From NCBI GenBank assembly GCA_050259595.1, contig JBLNAX010000068.1:3905-67904 (forward strand): a DNA stretch of 64,000 nucleotides, written 5' to 3'. Below are positions 44,423 to 59,000 of the stretch, piece by piece; within the stretch, counting starts at the first letter, position 1, and each line of letters opens with the position of its first letter. The notes beneath the pieces are model-generated. The model saw nothing but the letters and a program-made list of their open reading frames with translations. It made no database searches and had not been told where the DNA came from. The stretch is from Acidobacteriota bacterium (lineage in GTDB: Bacteria; Bacillota; Syntrophomonadia; Syntrophomonadales; DTU052). Both the position numbers and the translations under genes were made by a program.

Positions 44423-46975
44423 ATGGGTTTTGGTAAACGGTTAACAAATCTATTAGCGATTATTTTGGCAGTGCTTCTTTTAGCCAATATTCCGGTAATA
44501 GCTAAGACGTACACTTATGATAGTCAGCACAGAATAAAGACTGTAACCTATGACAATGGAATGACGATTGAGTATACATACGATGCTGCCGGTAACATAA
44601 TTAGCGTCAAACAGACCGGCGGAGTTAACATACCGGTAAGCGGGATTACACTCGACAAGCATGAGCTGGCATTTACTACCGGCGATCCTGCGATAACCCT
44701 CAAGCCAACCATCTCTCCCACTAATGCAACAAACAAGAGCGTTTATTGGAACTCAAGTAATGATCAAGTTGCATCAGTAAGTAACGGACTTGTAACACCG
44801 CTGGCTAAAGGAACATCTATTATTACAGTTACAACCACAGATGGCGGCTTCCAGGATAGGTGTACGATAACTGTATCTGACCCGCACATTCCGGTGACAG
44901 GCGTCGCCTTAAATAAGCATTCATTATCATTATTAGTTAATGGGCCTACAGCTTTACTTATTCCCAATGTAATTCCTCAAGAAGCAGTTGATAAAAGTGT
45001 ATATTGGACCTCGAGTAATGAAGTCGTAGCAACTGTATATGATGGAGTTGTATCTCCTCTTGCTCGAGGCATATCGACAATTACGGTGACTAGTTATGAA
45101 GGTGGATTTAAAGATACTTGTGAAGTGAATGTTACTGGACCTGATTCGGACGAAAACACAACACTACTGATACATATGGATGGAGACGAGAACGGCACTG
45201 CGTTTAGTGACCTGAAAGGGAAAGCAATAACCAGAGCCGGAGATACTTCCACTAAGACCGGAGTGAAACAAATCGGAAGTGCAGCCGGGTACTTTGATGG
45301 CTACGGAGACTACCTGAGCATGGTTGACAGTGAAGACTTTAATGTAGGAGCCCAGGATTTCACCTTGGACTTCTGGATGAGGACGAATACCAGCGGCAGG
45401 CAGGTAATCTTCAGTCAAAACGACTACTATTCCAGCAACTCGAGCCGCGGCTTGTATGCAGAAATCACATCTGACAACCGCGTGCAGGCTGGATTTGCCA
45501 GCGAATCAAACTTCAATGGAATCATCTCCAATAACCAGGTAACCTGGGGCAGATTCTATCACTTAGCGCTGGTCAGAAAAGGCAATACCATGATGCTATT
45601 CATAGACGGGAAGCTGGAAGGGACTAGGGATGTAACAGGCTTAACAGCCAACAATTCGACAAACCAATTTGTGATTGGCAGACCTGGTGAAAACACCAAC
45701 TACAGTTTCATGGGCTACATAGATGAGTTCAGGTTGAGTAAAGGAATAGGCAGATGGAACAGTGACTTTACGGTACCCAGCAGTCCATACACCTTGAGTA
45801 CAGTAGAAACAACCGGAGTGAGCTTAGACAAACATACAGTGAATCTAGATGCAGGTCAGATAGACAATCTGACTGCGGCAGTAACGCCGAACACAGCCAG
45901 CAACCAGAACGTAACCTGGAGTTCTAGCAACACATCTGTTGTAGAAGTGGACAGCAATGGCAGACTGACCGCGAAAGCGGCGGGAACAGCTGAGGTTACA
46001 GTCACCACAGCGGCTGGCAACTTTACTTATAAGTGCACGGTTACCGTAACCGGAAGCTCAATAGACGAAAACACAACTCTGTTGATCCACATGGACGGAG
46101 AAGAAAATGCAACCGCATTTAGTGATCTGAAAGGTAAAGCAATAACCCGAGCCGGAGATACTTGCACTAAGACCGGAGTAAAACAGATCGGAAGTGCAGC
46201 CGGGTACTTTGATGGCTACGGAGACTATCTGTCAATGGCCGACAGTGAAGACTTTAACGTGGGAGCCCAGGATTTCACATTGGATTTCTGGTTAAAGATT
46301 AGTACCAGCGGCAGGCAGGTGATCTTTGGTCAAAATGACTATTATTCCAGCAACTCGAGCCGTGGTTTGTATGGGGAAGTAGGGTATGACAATCGAGTGC
46401 AGGCTGGATTTGCCAGCGGATCAAACTTCTATGGAATCATGTCTAGTACCCAGTTAATCACCAGCAAGTTTTATCATTTAGCTCTAGTGAGAAAAGGTAA
46501 CACAATGATGTTGTTCGTGGATGGCAAGTTGGAAGGGATTCGGGATGTAACAGGCTTAACAGCCAACAATTCGACAAACCAGTTTGTGATTGGCAGACCT
46601 GGTGAAAAAGCAGATTACTACCTCATGGGTTACATAGACGAGTTCAGGTTGAGTAAAGGAATAGGCAGATGGAACAGTGACTTTACATTACCTAACAGTC
46701 CGTACACCCTGAGCACAGTAGAAACAACAGGAGTAAGTCTGGACAAACACACTTTGAGTCTTAGTCCCACTCAGACAGACAAACTTACTGCGGTAGTATC
46801 GCCGAACACAGCTAGCAACCAGGCTGTAACTTGGAACTCGAGCAACACATCTGTTGTAGAGGTGGATAGCAATGGCAGGCTGACCGCGAAAGCAGCGGGA
46901 ACAGTTGAGATAACAGTAACCACATCAGCAGGTAACTTCATTGATAAATGTACAGTTACCGTTGTAGCGCCTTAG
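44423..46975 (+). CDS. secreted protein: N-terminal YD repeat, Big_2 domains and two LamG/concanavalin-like modules
   Basis: Signal peptide MGFGKRLTNLLAIILAVLLLANIPVIA, then TYTYDSQHRIKTVTYDNGMTIEYTYDAAGNIISV (YD repeats). Four Big_2 signatures are present. LamG_3-like modules occur twice (FDGYGDYLSM.DSEDFNVGAQDFTLDFW ... YHLALVRKGNTMMLF.DGKL ... IDEFRLSKG). Confidence 0.85.
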   Translation: MGFGKRLTNLLAIILAVLLLANIPVIAKTYTYDSQHRIKTVTYDNGMTIEYTYDAAGNIISVKQTGGVNIPVSGITLDKHELAFTTGDPAITLKPTISPTNATNKSVYWNSSNDQVASVSNGLVTPLAKGTSIITVTTTDGGFQDRCTITVSDPHIPVTGVALNKHSLSLLVNGPTALLIPNVIPQEAVDKSVYWTSSNEVVATVYDGVVSPLARGISTITVTSYEGGFKDTCEVNVTGPDSDENTTLLIHMDGDENGTAFSDLKGKAITRAGDTSTKTGVKQIGSAAGYFDGYGDYLSMVDSEDFNVGAQDFTLDFWMRTNTSGRQVIFSQNDYYSSNSSRGLYAEITSDNRVQAGFASESNFNGIISNNQVTWGRFYHLALVRKGNTMMLFIDGKLEGTRDVTGLTANNSTNQFVIGRPGENTNYSFMGYIDEFRLSKGIGRWNSDFTVPSSPYTLSTVETTGVSLDKHTVNLDAGQIDNLTAAVTPNTASNQNVTWSSSNTSVVEVDSNGRLTAKAAGTAEVTVTTAAGNFTYKCTVTVTGSSIDENTTLLIHMDGEENATAFSDLKGKAITRAGDTCTKTGVKQIGSAAGYFDGYGDYLSMADSEDFNVGAQDFTLDFWLKISTSGRQVIFGQNDYYSSNSSRGLYGEVGYDNRVQAGFASGSNFYGIMSSTQLITSKFYHLALVRKGNTMMLFVDGKLEGIRDVTGLTANNSTNQFVIGRPGEKADYYLMGYIDEFRLSKGIGRWNSDFTLPNSPYTLSTVETTGVSLDKHTLSLSPTQTDKLTAVVSPNTASNQAVTWNSSNTSVVEVDSNGRLTAKAAGTVEITVTTSAGNFIDKCTVTVVAP
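45149..46972 (+). repeat. in-frame tandem duplication, 2 x 915 bp (LamG + Big_2 unit)
   Basis: The unit starting GACGAAAACACAAC at 45149 recurs at 46064. Long identical runs are visible by eye, for example GGAAGTGCAGCCGGGTACTTTGATGGCTACGGAGACTA and AACAGGCTTAACAGCCAACAATTCGACAAACCA. Confidence 0.85.
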
Positions 46976-47011
46976 TTAATAAAAAAATGGGGTTGGAGGG
47001 TTTAATGGAGG

Positions 47012-50000
47012 ATGAGTAGATTAAAGTTTAGGGGAATTGCCATATTGCTGGTTGCATTGATGATGGTATGCACCTGCACTAGTGATTACTTTAGCATTGT
47101 TAGGTCAATAAGCTCAGTATTAATGGCAGATGAGTCGACTCCACCCGATATTGTGCCTGATACTCTGGCGCCATCATCGCCAACTAATTTGACTATTGTT
47201 TCTCAAACATATGACTCTGTATCCTTAACATGGAATGCATCGACCGACGATTCAGGAGTTGTTGGATATATCGTTTATAAAAACGGAATGGAATATGGAG
47301 TAGCAACTGAGACAAACTATACCGATAATGGCTTATCCCCTGCCAATAACTATACCTATAGTGTAAAAGCACTTGACCAGTACGGTAATCTATCCGACGC
47401 CAGCAATGAAGTCTTAATACAAATACCGGAGCAGCCGGTTACCCCGCCAGCTGTTGCTCTTTCCGCACCCTCCAATTTAAGTATAACCTCACAAACATAT
47501 GATTCAGTGTCTTTGTTCTGGTCTGCCTCTACAGGTGGAACAGGTGTCGTTACATATGTTGTATATCGCAATGACGAGCAGATCAGCACAACAAACGATA
47601 CTGCTTATTCAGACAGTGGTTTGGTCTCTGGAACAAGTTATGTTTACTGCGTAAAGGCGGTCGACGCAACTGGGACAGAATCTGAGGCTAGCAACCAAGT
47701 GACCTGGAGTGATCAAAACAACCAGTCGCCTGGCGGGAATGATTCTAACTCGGGTGGTGCCGGTGGCGGGGGCGGAACGATAAGCCCAAATGGGTTAACT
47801 TCCCCAGTAAATCTTGCGGTCTATGAACAAACGAGTAGTTCTGTAACACTGACCTGGGATGCTGCAACTGGGACAGTCAACTATGTAGTATACCGGGATG
47901 GAAATGAAATAGGGACAGTTATCAATAACGCCTATACAGACAGCGGTTTAACAGTTGGGACTACATACAAGTACATTGTCAAAGCCGTCGATGAGGCTGG
48001 AAATGTTTCGCAAGTCAGCAATGAGGTGACCGTACAGATACCTGCGATTGAAACCGTAACGCCGCCATCAAACCTACAAGCGGTCGTTAATTCGTTTAAT
48101 TCTGTTAGCCTGAGTTGGACGGCTCCAAGCAGTGAGAATATTGTCGCATATGTCGTATACCGAAATGGTGAATCAATAACTACTGTAATAGGAACAGCTT
48201 ATGTCGACACGAAGTTGCCAGTGGCAACTACATATTCATATACAGTCAAAGCCGTGGACACTGACGGTAAAATTTCGCTAGGAAGCAATGAAGCATTTGT
48301 AACTCTTCCGGCTCTGCAGATAAAAAAAGTGCCCTTAGCAGCCGGGGATTCACACAGCCTGATAGTGAAGAGTGACGGCAAAGTGTGGTCATGGGGAAGC
48401 AATGGGGGTGGTCAGCTGGGGTCAGGTACCGCACAATCCACTATTCCAGTCAAAGTATTGGACTTGGTGGGAATTCAAGCGGTTTCTGGCGGCTATTATC
48501 ACAGCTTGGCTCTGGATAGTAACGGTTGGGTTTGGGCCTGGGGTGCAAATAGCAGTGGAGAGTTGGGGATCGGGTCTGAACTAGACAGCTCCAAACCTGA
48601 AAAGGTTCAGAACCTGGAAGGTATCATAGCGATTGAGGCAGGCAATTCGTACAGCTTGGCTTTGAAAAATGACGGCACTGTATGGGCATGGGGCTCAAAT
48701 TATAACGGTATATTCGGTAATAATGAATTAGATGAAAGCAATGTGCCAGTTCAAATTAATGGATTGGCTGGGGTTGTAGCAATTGCAGCCGGACAAAGCC
48801 ACTGCCTGGCTCTCATGAATGATGGCACGGTTTGGGGATGGGGATCGAATTCTGAAGGCCAACTTGCAGATAACAATGATGGTCAACCCGCTAGAATTTC
48901 TAATCTTTCGGGAATAACAGCAATTGCTGCAGGGGGATATCATAGCCTGGCGTTGGCTAGTAATGGTGTTGTTTGGTCATGGGGAAACAATGCCAGCGGA
49001 CAATTGGGAATTGGAATGCCGCCTTACTCAGCATATCAACCTACCGCAATGAATATTTCGGGGATAAAAGCTATAGCAGCAGGTGAAGAGTTTAGCCTTG
49101 CCCTTAAAGACAATGGGTCAGTGGTAAGTTTTGGTGCTAACTGGGGCGGTCAACTGGGAAATGATTCGACATACCAGTGGCAGACTTATGGGACAGTATC
49201 TCAAATCAATAATGTGACATCTATAGCATGTGGTGACACCCACGGACTTGCTGTGGAAAGCAGTGGCAAAGTTTGGGCTTGGGGCTGGAATAGTAATGGT
49301 CAATTGGGCAATGGTACTACCACACAAAGCATTGTCCCGGTCACTCTTGTGGACTCCCAACCCCCTACCGCTCCCAAGAATTTAGCGATGACGAACATGA
49401 CGGAATCATCTTTAACACTTGTATGGGAAGAATCCGATGATTTCTTTGGTGTAACTGGCTATGATATTTATCGTAATGGAACCAAAATAGCCAGCACCAG
49501 CTCAACCGGTTATGTTGACACATCAATCAATAAAGACTCTATTTATTCATACACAGTCAAAGCATTTGATGCAGCGGGCAATTATTCTTCTGCCAGCAAT
49601 GTTGCATCAAATGATGTCATGCCGCCGTCTGCACCTACAAACTTGACGGTTCTGGACGTGACCGGTTCCTTGGTGTCTCTGTCGTGGACTGTCAGCACTG
49701 ACAATGGAGCAGTGACAGGATACAAGATATTACGTAACGGAATCGAAATCGATTCATCAGCAACCAACAGTTACATAGATAACAATGTTTTAGCTGGAGA
49801 GACTTACGTTTATTGTGTAAAAGCCTTTGATGCAGCAAGTAACCTGTCTGATTCCAGCAATGAGGTTTCAGTTACCACTGCAGCACTCAACATCAACAAA
49901 GTTTATCTGTCGGCGGGAGGAAACCAGAGCGCCTGGCTGAAAAATAACGGTAGATTATTTATCTGGGGTAGTAATGTAAACGATCTTGATTATTCTGCAG

Positions 50001-53000
50001 GGGATCTTACAATTCCCACAGAATTGCCGATCGATAATGTGGCAGCAGTAGCCGACGGCAGTAATCATATCGTCTACTTAAAAAATAATGGTTCGGTATG
50101 GGTATCAGGTGCCAACTGGGATGGCCAATTAGGAAAACCTGGTGCGGGTGAATCAAGTCCCATTCAGGTACCTGGGGTAGGTGGAATAATAGCAGTCGCA
50201 TCTAACAACAACCATACCTTGGCCCTTAGAGCAACTGGTAAGGTATGCGCCTGGGGTAATAATAGTTATGGTCAGTGTGGAACTGGCGATACCTCCAGTC
50301 CCAGTCTGCCTGCCGATGTAAAGAACCTAACTGATGTTATTAGTATTGCTTGTGGTGAAAGTTTTAGTATTGCTCTTAAAAGTAACGGTGAAGTCGTGGC
50401 CTGGGGCAGAAACGACTATGGTCAGTTGGGCAATGGTACTACTGCACCCAGCTATACCCCGGTCAACGTAAAAACCTCGACCGGCAATTTAACTGGAGTA
50501 ATAGCCATAGCAGCAGGCAGCAAGCATGCTCTGGCTCTGCTGGCCAATGGGACAGTATATGCATGGGGATATAATTACTACTTCCAATTAGGATATAGTG
50601 CCTACAATTACAGTGCACGTGCTCAACAAGTAAGCGGTCTTACAGGTGTGACGGCAATTGCAGCTGGCTACTATCATAGCCTGGCCTTAAAGAGCAACGG
50701 AGAAGTCTGGGGCTGGGGCAGAAACATTGATGGTCAGTTGGGCACTGGCTCCACGTCATGGAATAGCGCACTGGTAAAAGTCAAGGACCTGTCCGGTGTA
50801 ATCGCTATTGCCGCAGGGAACAGCCACAGTTTAGGGCTTAGAAGCGATGAAAAGGTATTTGCATGGGGATATAATGGTTATGGTCAGCTTGGAAACGGCA
50901 CCAAGAGCCCCATCAGCTATCCGGTTCCTGTCGGGGATAGCCAGCCACCAGCAGCTCCTGGTAATTTGGTGGTAAACTCCACGTCTACGACTTCCAGTTT
51001 GAAATGGGATGCTGCACAGGACAATGTGGGTGTTATAGGCTATGAGGTATATCGAAACGGCGAGAAGATTGCTACAGTAAATACTACGATCTATCAGGAC
51101 AATGAGCTGACACCCGAAGGTAATTATGAATACTCTGTTAAAGCTTTTGATGCCGCCGGAAATATTTCGGCTTTTAGTAATTTAGCTGTACGTGATTATG
51201 AGGCTCCCACAGCACCAGGCAATTTAGTTTTTAATAATGCAGACTTTACATCGGTATCAATTAGCTGGGATGCCGCCACAGATAATATGGGGGTTAAAGG
51301 CTATAAAATATATCGTGATGGTGTCGAGGCTGGATCTTCGATTTCGACCACATATACAGATACTGGTTTGATTCCTGGAAAATCATATACATATATCGTT
51401 AAAGCCTTTGACGCCGGCGAAAACTTATCTTCTGCCAGCAATGAGCTTACTTTATCCACTAGTGCCGACCTAGAAAAACCGAGTAAGCCGACCAATCTGA
51501 ATATTTACTTTTACAATACTCAAGCTAAAATATATTGGTCTGAAGCAACAGATAATGTTGGAGTTGTCGGTTATGAAGTATATAAGAATGGCTTGAAGAT
51601 TGCCACTGTTATCGATAATCAATATTACGACAATGCTGCATCCGGTGACAGCTATACGGTTTTCGCATGTGATGCTGCTGGCAATTATTCAGAATCCAGT
51701 GATTCATATCTGTTTATCGATGATTTTGGTAACAAAAAAGAAGATGCAGCAAGCATTGATCTGGGGCAGGAAAAGGTTGGATACATTAACTATAGCGGTG
51801 ATAATGATTATGTCAAATTTACCACTACCGTTGCCGGAAGTTATCTTGTAGATGCTTCAACTGTACCGCCTGGAGGTTATCTGACTGTAGAATTGCTGAG
51901 CAGCAGCGGCAGTCATCTCGCGAGCGATACCTTTAATGAGGAAAGCCCGGCCACACTGACTAGGTCACTCCAAGGGAATAGCACGTACTATGTGTGCATA
52001 TATGAAACGCCAATGTACGGCTTTGACGATCAATCAGAGCCACCTTCTCCCCCGGCTAACTGCCGGGGCGGATATAGGATTAAAATCTATCCGGCGGATA
52101 ACGAACCACCTACTCCGCCCGCCAATCTAACAGCGGTTGATAAGACCGCAACTAGTCTGACATTAACCTGGGATGCCGCAACGGATAATATCGGGGTGGC
52201 AGGCTACAGCATTTATAGGGACGGATTGAAAATTGGTGATACATCAAATCTAAGCTATGCGGTTAATGGGCTTTTACCCAACAATACTTATATATTTGCT
52301 GTGAAGGCTTACGATCTAAAAGGCAATTTCTCAATAGAAAGCACGGTTCAGGTATCTACAGAGACAGACACAGAACCGCCAACCGTTCCTGAGAATCTTG
52401 TGGTCACCGAGAAAAATGGACGCAATACTACGCTGAGCTGGACTGCGTCAACCGATAACAAGGGCTTGGCAGGATACGAGCTTTACCGCAATGGCACCAA
52501 GCTGGTTACTGTAACAGATACCGTTTACAGTGATAATGGGTTGATCAATGGAACATATTCTTATACGGTTAAAGCGATCGACCTGGCTGGTAACACATCC
52601 GATTCAAGCAACCAGGTCGAGGTGATTGTTAATGAAGACATTACACCGCCGACCGCTCCCCAGAATCTGACTGCTTCCCAAATCAAATTAAAGAGTATCT
52701 ACATAACCTGGCAGGCTTCTACTGATAATGTAGGGGTTAAATGGTATTATGTGTATCGTGATGGAAAATTCATTAACGGTGGAACCGGTGCTTTTACCGG
52801 TGCTGAAGATTTTCAAGTAACACCGGGAGCTACTTACCAGTACTATGTACGAGCTGTTGACGCTGCTGGCAATATGTCAGAGCCCAGCAACACCATAACC
52901 GTCACATCACTTCAGGATACTGCAGCCCCCACTGCTCCAACCAATCTTAGAGTAATCGCCAGAGGGGCGGAATCCGTCAGCCTCAAATGGAACACTTCCA

Positions 53001-56000
53001 CTGACGATGTGGGAGTGTTGGAATACAGCATATTCCGAAATGATATTAAGGTTGGGACTTCAACGGGCCTGGAGTTTTATGATACTGGATTCGATAGAAC
53101 AGCGGTAAATACTTATTACGTTAAGGCATTGGATGCAGCGGCTAATCTATCACAACCCAGTAATTCAGTTATTCATGAGATAATTCCACCTTCTATTCCC
53201 CAGAATCTGAGCTTGGTTTCTAAGACCAGCCGGAATATCAATATCACCTGGGACGCTTCCACAGATAATGTTACGGTTAGCGGTTATGAAGTGTTCCGGG
53301 ATGGTACATCCATAGCCCGGACGGTATATACCAGTTTCTCTGATAACGGACTTATTCCGGAACAGACCTACACTTATACGGTAAGATCCTTTGATAGCGT
53401 AGGCAATATATCGAATACTAGCAGTGCCCTAAGTGTGATCACCGATCCTGATACCATTCCGCCGACTATTCCACAGGCTTTGAGTCTGGTGGGATACACC
53501 GGTAGTACCGTTTCTATTAAATGGAACCCATCGACTGATGACTACCAGATGGCCAAATACGAGGTGTTCCGCAACGGCACATCGGTGGGACAGACTGTGT
53601 ATTCTCATTTTACCGATACCGTATTGAATGTCGGCACCGATTATATTTATACCGTAAAAGCAATTGACTCGGCGGGCAATGTTTCGGACGCCAGCAGTAC
53701 GCTGACGGCCGCTCCGCAACTGCCCCAGATTACACGGGTGGAACCGCCCAATAACACTTTGATCGGTGGGTTAAGCAGCCGCAATCTGAGAGTCTATTAT
53801 AAGGATACGGCGGATACCGGAGAGACACTGGGAGCCGAGTATTCCCTGGACAATGCCGTTTGGAATAATACAGGCTTTGCTTTCAACGGTCCTTATCAAT
53901 ACGATGGATCAACTCAATACTTCAACTGCACTTGGTCTTCCCCGCTTACGGCCAGTGGTAAATACACTGTACGATTCACATTAACAGACAGCACCGCGCA
54001 CAGTGTGCAAAAGGTCGTCTACTATCAGATTGATAATGAAGCGCCAATGGTACCCAAGAATCTTACCGCCCAGCCTATAGTAGGCGGCGGAGGTATTCAG
54101 CTGGCCTGGGATCCGCCTATTGATACCGATATCAGCTATTATCAGATCTACCGTTCCGTTTATGCGGAAGAAGGTTATACACCGTTATACAGAATGAGCG
54201 CTGGTATTTGCTCATACACCGATCGTTCGGCCCTGCCTGGGACCAAGTGCTACTACAAGGTTTCAGCGGTTGATGTCAACGGGCAGGAAAGTGCAGCTTC
54301 CGCCAGCGCTAATGCCATTGCACCTTCAGATACCGTATGTCCGGTTGTGACCAGCCTTTATCCGGCCTTTGGTTCAGGGTTGGGCTTAAACCCCGTCTTT
54401 ACGGTAAATTCCCACGATAATTTAGGAATTAAATCAACCAAGCTCCAATATTCACTGAATGATGGAGTAGACTGGACTGATATTGGGAGCACTAATGGTT
54501 ATGCTCAGTTCCCATGGAGCACTCAGGGACTCAGCGGCCAAGTCAAGATTAGAGCCATAGTTACCGACTACTCAGACAATGTCAGTGATGGTACACCTGT
54601 TTATTCGTACTTCATAGATCATGACGGGCCGGCTAAGGTGACAGGACTGGCTGGTACACCTAAGGCGACCGGTGTTCTGCTAAAGTGGCAGGATGTGCCG
54701 GACAATGATTTAGCCTACTTCCAGGTGGAAAAGGCGACTACTCAAGATGGTCAGTTTGTGGTCTACCAAACCACTTCCAGATACCTGGGTATGAATGTTA
54801 CCGGACTAACTGCAAATACCGATTACTGGTTCCGGGTGGTAGCTTTTGATGTCCGCGGCAATGCCGGGACATACTCGGATGTTGTGCAGGTTCGCACTAC
54901 AGAAGATACTGATTCTCCGGTAGTCACAGCCATCAGACCTGGTGCGGGTTATTATGCGGGTGCGATTCCTCTCAGTGCCGATGCCTGGGATGACGTGGGA
55001 GTGACCTCGGTAAAACTCCAGTATTCGCAGGACAAGGTACAGTGGAATGATATAGAAACCATAACCCCCGCAGAAGTTGCCGCTAGGGTAACAGTTAACT
55101 ATAACTGGGATACCACAACCATGGCGGAAGGTTCGTACTTTGTCCGCGCCATTGCGGTGGATACCAACCAGCACGACAACTCTACTCAGAATTCGTGGGT
55201 GGAATACCGCGTAAACCGCAGTGCGCCTACAGATGCTCCGCAAGGACTTACACTGACGGAAGCAGCGGGCAATCTGCGTCTGATATGGCAAAACATTGAT
55301 GATCCTGGACTCGCTGGCTACAAGGTATACCGGGCGCAGGGCATTAATGGACCTTTTAACCAGATATCTTCGGCAGCGTTGATTGGCTACTATGACTATA
55401 ACGTGCAGCCCGGTATTACATATTACTACAAAGTTGCTGCTTACAATGCTGTGGGTCTGGTAGGTCCCGACAGTGAGATTGTCAGCGGTAAGCTGCTGGA
55501 CGACAATGAAGCGCCAAAGATAATTAGTGTGGTTCCGGCTAGCGGTGATACCCTGCCGGGCAATCCGGAAATCAGTGCCCTGGTAAGTGACAACTATAAA
55601 GTAGCCACGGTTGAGCTTAAGTACAAATCAGCCACTGAGGGCGATGACTGGCATTCGATCGCCCAGCGTAGTGTCAACAAATCCAGTGAAGTAGTGGCTT
55701 TCACCTGGAATGCCGATGGACTAAGCGATGGGAGCTATACTCTGAGGCTGGTTGTCGCCGATGCTGGTGGACGGGTAACTGAATCCAGCGACTTGAACTA
55801 TAACCTGAAGGTCTACAAGGTCAGCCCGCCCGTCTTGACGGCGGTGGCTGCCGACTGGAAGGTTAACCTCTCATGGACCGGAGAGAAAGGCGAATACTTT
55901 AAAGAATATCGCATCTATAGGTCAACTGTAACCGGTCAGTTCTACAAGCTAATTAAAACAACCACAGACAACTCTTGTTGTGATGATGTGATTTCGCCAG

Positions 56001-59000
56001 AGAGAGAGTATTTCTATGTGGTAGATTTGATCGATTGGTACGGCAACGCCAGCCGCAGTGCGGAAGTAGCGGTCAGACCACTGGCCAATGACCCATATGC
56101 GCCGACTGCGGAAGCTGATGAAGATCAGATTACTAATGTCGGAATGGACACTCAGTTTGATGGGTCATTGTCACGCGATAATGATGAGATTAGCCGCTAT
56201 ATTTGGGCATTTGGTGATGGAAGTCAGGTGGAGGAAAGCACTCCGGTTCACCGGTATTCGACACCCGGAACTTACGCAGTATCGCTTACTGTATACGACT
56301 CTGCAGGAAACAGTTCAATCGATAGCTGCCTGGTTACTGTTCGACCGGAAGCGGACCTGGGTTATCTGGACATCTATGTCGTTGACGCAGCCAATGGCCT
56401 GCCGCTGGTCGGAGCCAGTGTGGTTGTCGAAGGGGCCAGCGGAACCAGACGTAAAGTGCTCTCCGGAGAAAATGGATATATACATACCACGGTAGAGGTT
56501 GGTTCCTGTAAAGTATATGCCTATATTAAGGATTACCTGCCCGAGCAGTTCAACACTACCATTACCAAAGGCGAAACCACCAATGTCACAGCTAAGATAG
56601 GGAAAGGCCAACTGGTACAGGGCGAAATTACGGTTAAGCGTATGACCCTTGAGGAAATCAGGGATGCCGGTATTGATGTTTATGCACCCGAAAACCAGTA
56701 TGTATATCAATACAATATAAACCTGGCAGTTGATAATACATGTACATACACGTTACAGGCTAATGCCAGGGGTCAAGTCATAAGATGGACAGGCCCGTCA
56801 AATTATACTCCGAGTGTGCTTCCGCATACGGGGCACCCTGGAGTAGCGCCGACCTTATTTATTATGAAGACCCCGCCGCATGGAACAGCTCTATGGCTGA
56901 AGGAGTTCTTTGAAGTGAGCCTGGTTGTTCAAAATATGGCTGATCCCCAGTTTGTTATTGAACAATCTTCAGCCACCCTGGAACTGCCGGCTGGTCTCTC
57001 CCTGGCACCCACCAGAGATGTTCAAAGCTTTATTATTGACATGGGCTCACTGGCGGGTGGCGAAGAAAAGCAGGCCAAGTGGATAATTCGCGGCGATCAA
57101 AAGGGTGACAATTACCACGTCTCGGCTAATTTCAAGGGTGTTCTGCAGCCGTTCGGTGATAATGTCGAAGCGCGTTTTCAAAACCAGGAGCCGTTCAGAG
57201 TCTGGGGCGGGGACGCAATTAACATGGTGGTTTATGCCGAGGATTCCGCAGTCAAAGGTCGGCCATATAAGATAGCAGTTTGTTTTGACAATGTTTCAGA
57301 TCATGATGTCTATAATATTACCAATTCACTTCAACTGCCGGAAGCTAGCTGGATTCCGCAATGGTCATGGGCAAATACCATCGAAACACTTAAACCGGGC
57401 AAAAGAGCTGTTTGGTATTACATATTCCTGCCCAAATTTACAGGACGGATCAAGGAAGACCCATTCTCCAATATTGCTTATATGGGTGGTCAATCGGTAA
57501 AATCTCGTTTGGTTTTAGTTCGTGCTTCAAATCGAGATGCCCAAAATGTCATTACAATTGCCGATCCTATAGATCCTGTAACCGGTGCATTCAAATACGA
57601 TATGAGTCTGCTAAGTTTGCAGGGTGTAAGGCCGTTGGAATTTAAAGTGAATTATGATTCCCAATCCAAAACTATAGGTACTATGGGATTAGGATGGGAC
57701 CACGGTTTCACAACCAGATTAGAGCAGACAGGGGACGGGAACCTGATAATACACTGGCCGCAGAACCAATGGAGCGCATTTATCAAGGATACGGACAACA
57801 CTTATAAATGTATTGAACCGTCATTGAAGTTTGACCTGATTGTTAAGAATCCTGATGGGAGCTATACCCTAACCCGTAAGGATTCATCCGTCTACGAATT
57901 TAATGCCCAAGGCCAGTTTACATCCGAGAAGGATGTGAGCGGAGGTGCGCTCCTCTACACTTACGAAGAGAAACAGCTAAAGTCTATCACTGAACCGGTT
58001 TCTGGCTGCAGCTTGACCTTTACATACAACGAACAGGGTCTGCTCTCCCAGGTAACCGATAACTCAGATCGTTCCGTGTCCCTACAATATGACGTCAACA
58101 AGAATCTAACTGTAATTACCGGACTCGGAAATGCCACCACCACCTTCGAATATGATGAGTGTGGTCGCATAGTCAAGGAAATTGATGCTCAGGGACAGCC
58201 GGTGATAATCAATACCTACGATTTAGATGGCCGGGTAACTGCCCAGACAGACCGTGAAGGCAGAGTGACTAACTTAAGTTATGATACCAGCAGTGATACC
58301 GCCAACACTGTCAACTCCACTGACAGGAATGGGCAAGCCAAAACATATAGTTTCGACTTTAATGGAAACTTGGTCAGTCAGCAGGATGGAATAAATCAAG
58401 GTATCAACTTTACATACGATGACGAAGGCAACTGCATCAAGGATACCGATGCAGAAGGTAGTTCAACAGACTATACATACGACAGCCGGGGCAATCTGCT
58501 GACTATCAGCGATGGCGGCTCGATTACCAGTACCATGACTTACGATGAGCGGGATAACCTGCTCACAGATATCGATGCAGCAGGACAGACAACCATTTAT
58601 ACATATAACTCTGATAATACAAGGGCTACGAAAACTGATCCATCGGGAAATACAACTTCATACACCTATAATGAAAATAAGCAGGTAACATCAATTACTG
58701 GACCCGATGGCGGAGTAAAAAGCTTCACCTATGAAAATGGGCTGACTAAGACTATTACAGATGAGACCGGCCGAACGACTACCTACACATATAATCAGAT
58801 TGGCAAGCCAGTCTCAATAACCAATGCTTCGGGTCAGACCAGTACCATGGAATACGATATTCGCGGTAATCTGATCAGTATGACCAATCCCATGGGTAAT
58901 ACCGTTTCTTACACTTACGATGCCATGGGCTGGAAGACATCCGAGACAGACGCTCGTGGAAATACTACAACATTTGAATATGACAGCTATGGTAAAGTAA

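Noticed and set aside
45149-46972. The two near-identical units considered as template/variable repeats of a diversity-generating retroelement.
   Set aside because: The differences between units involve all four bases rather than adenine-specific changes. No reverse transcriptase gene is present in the window.
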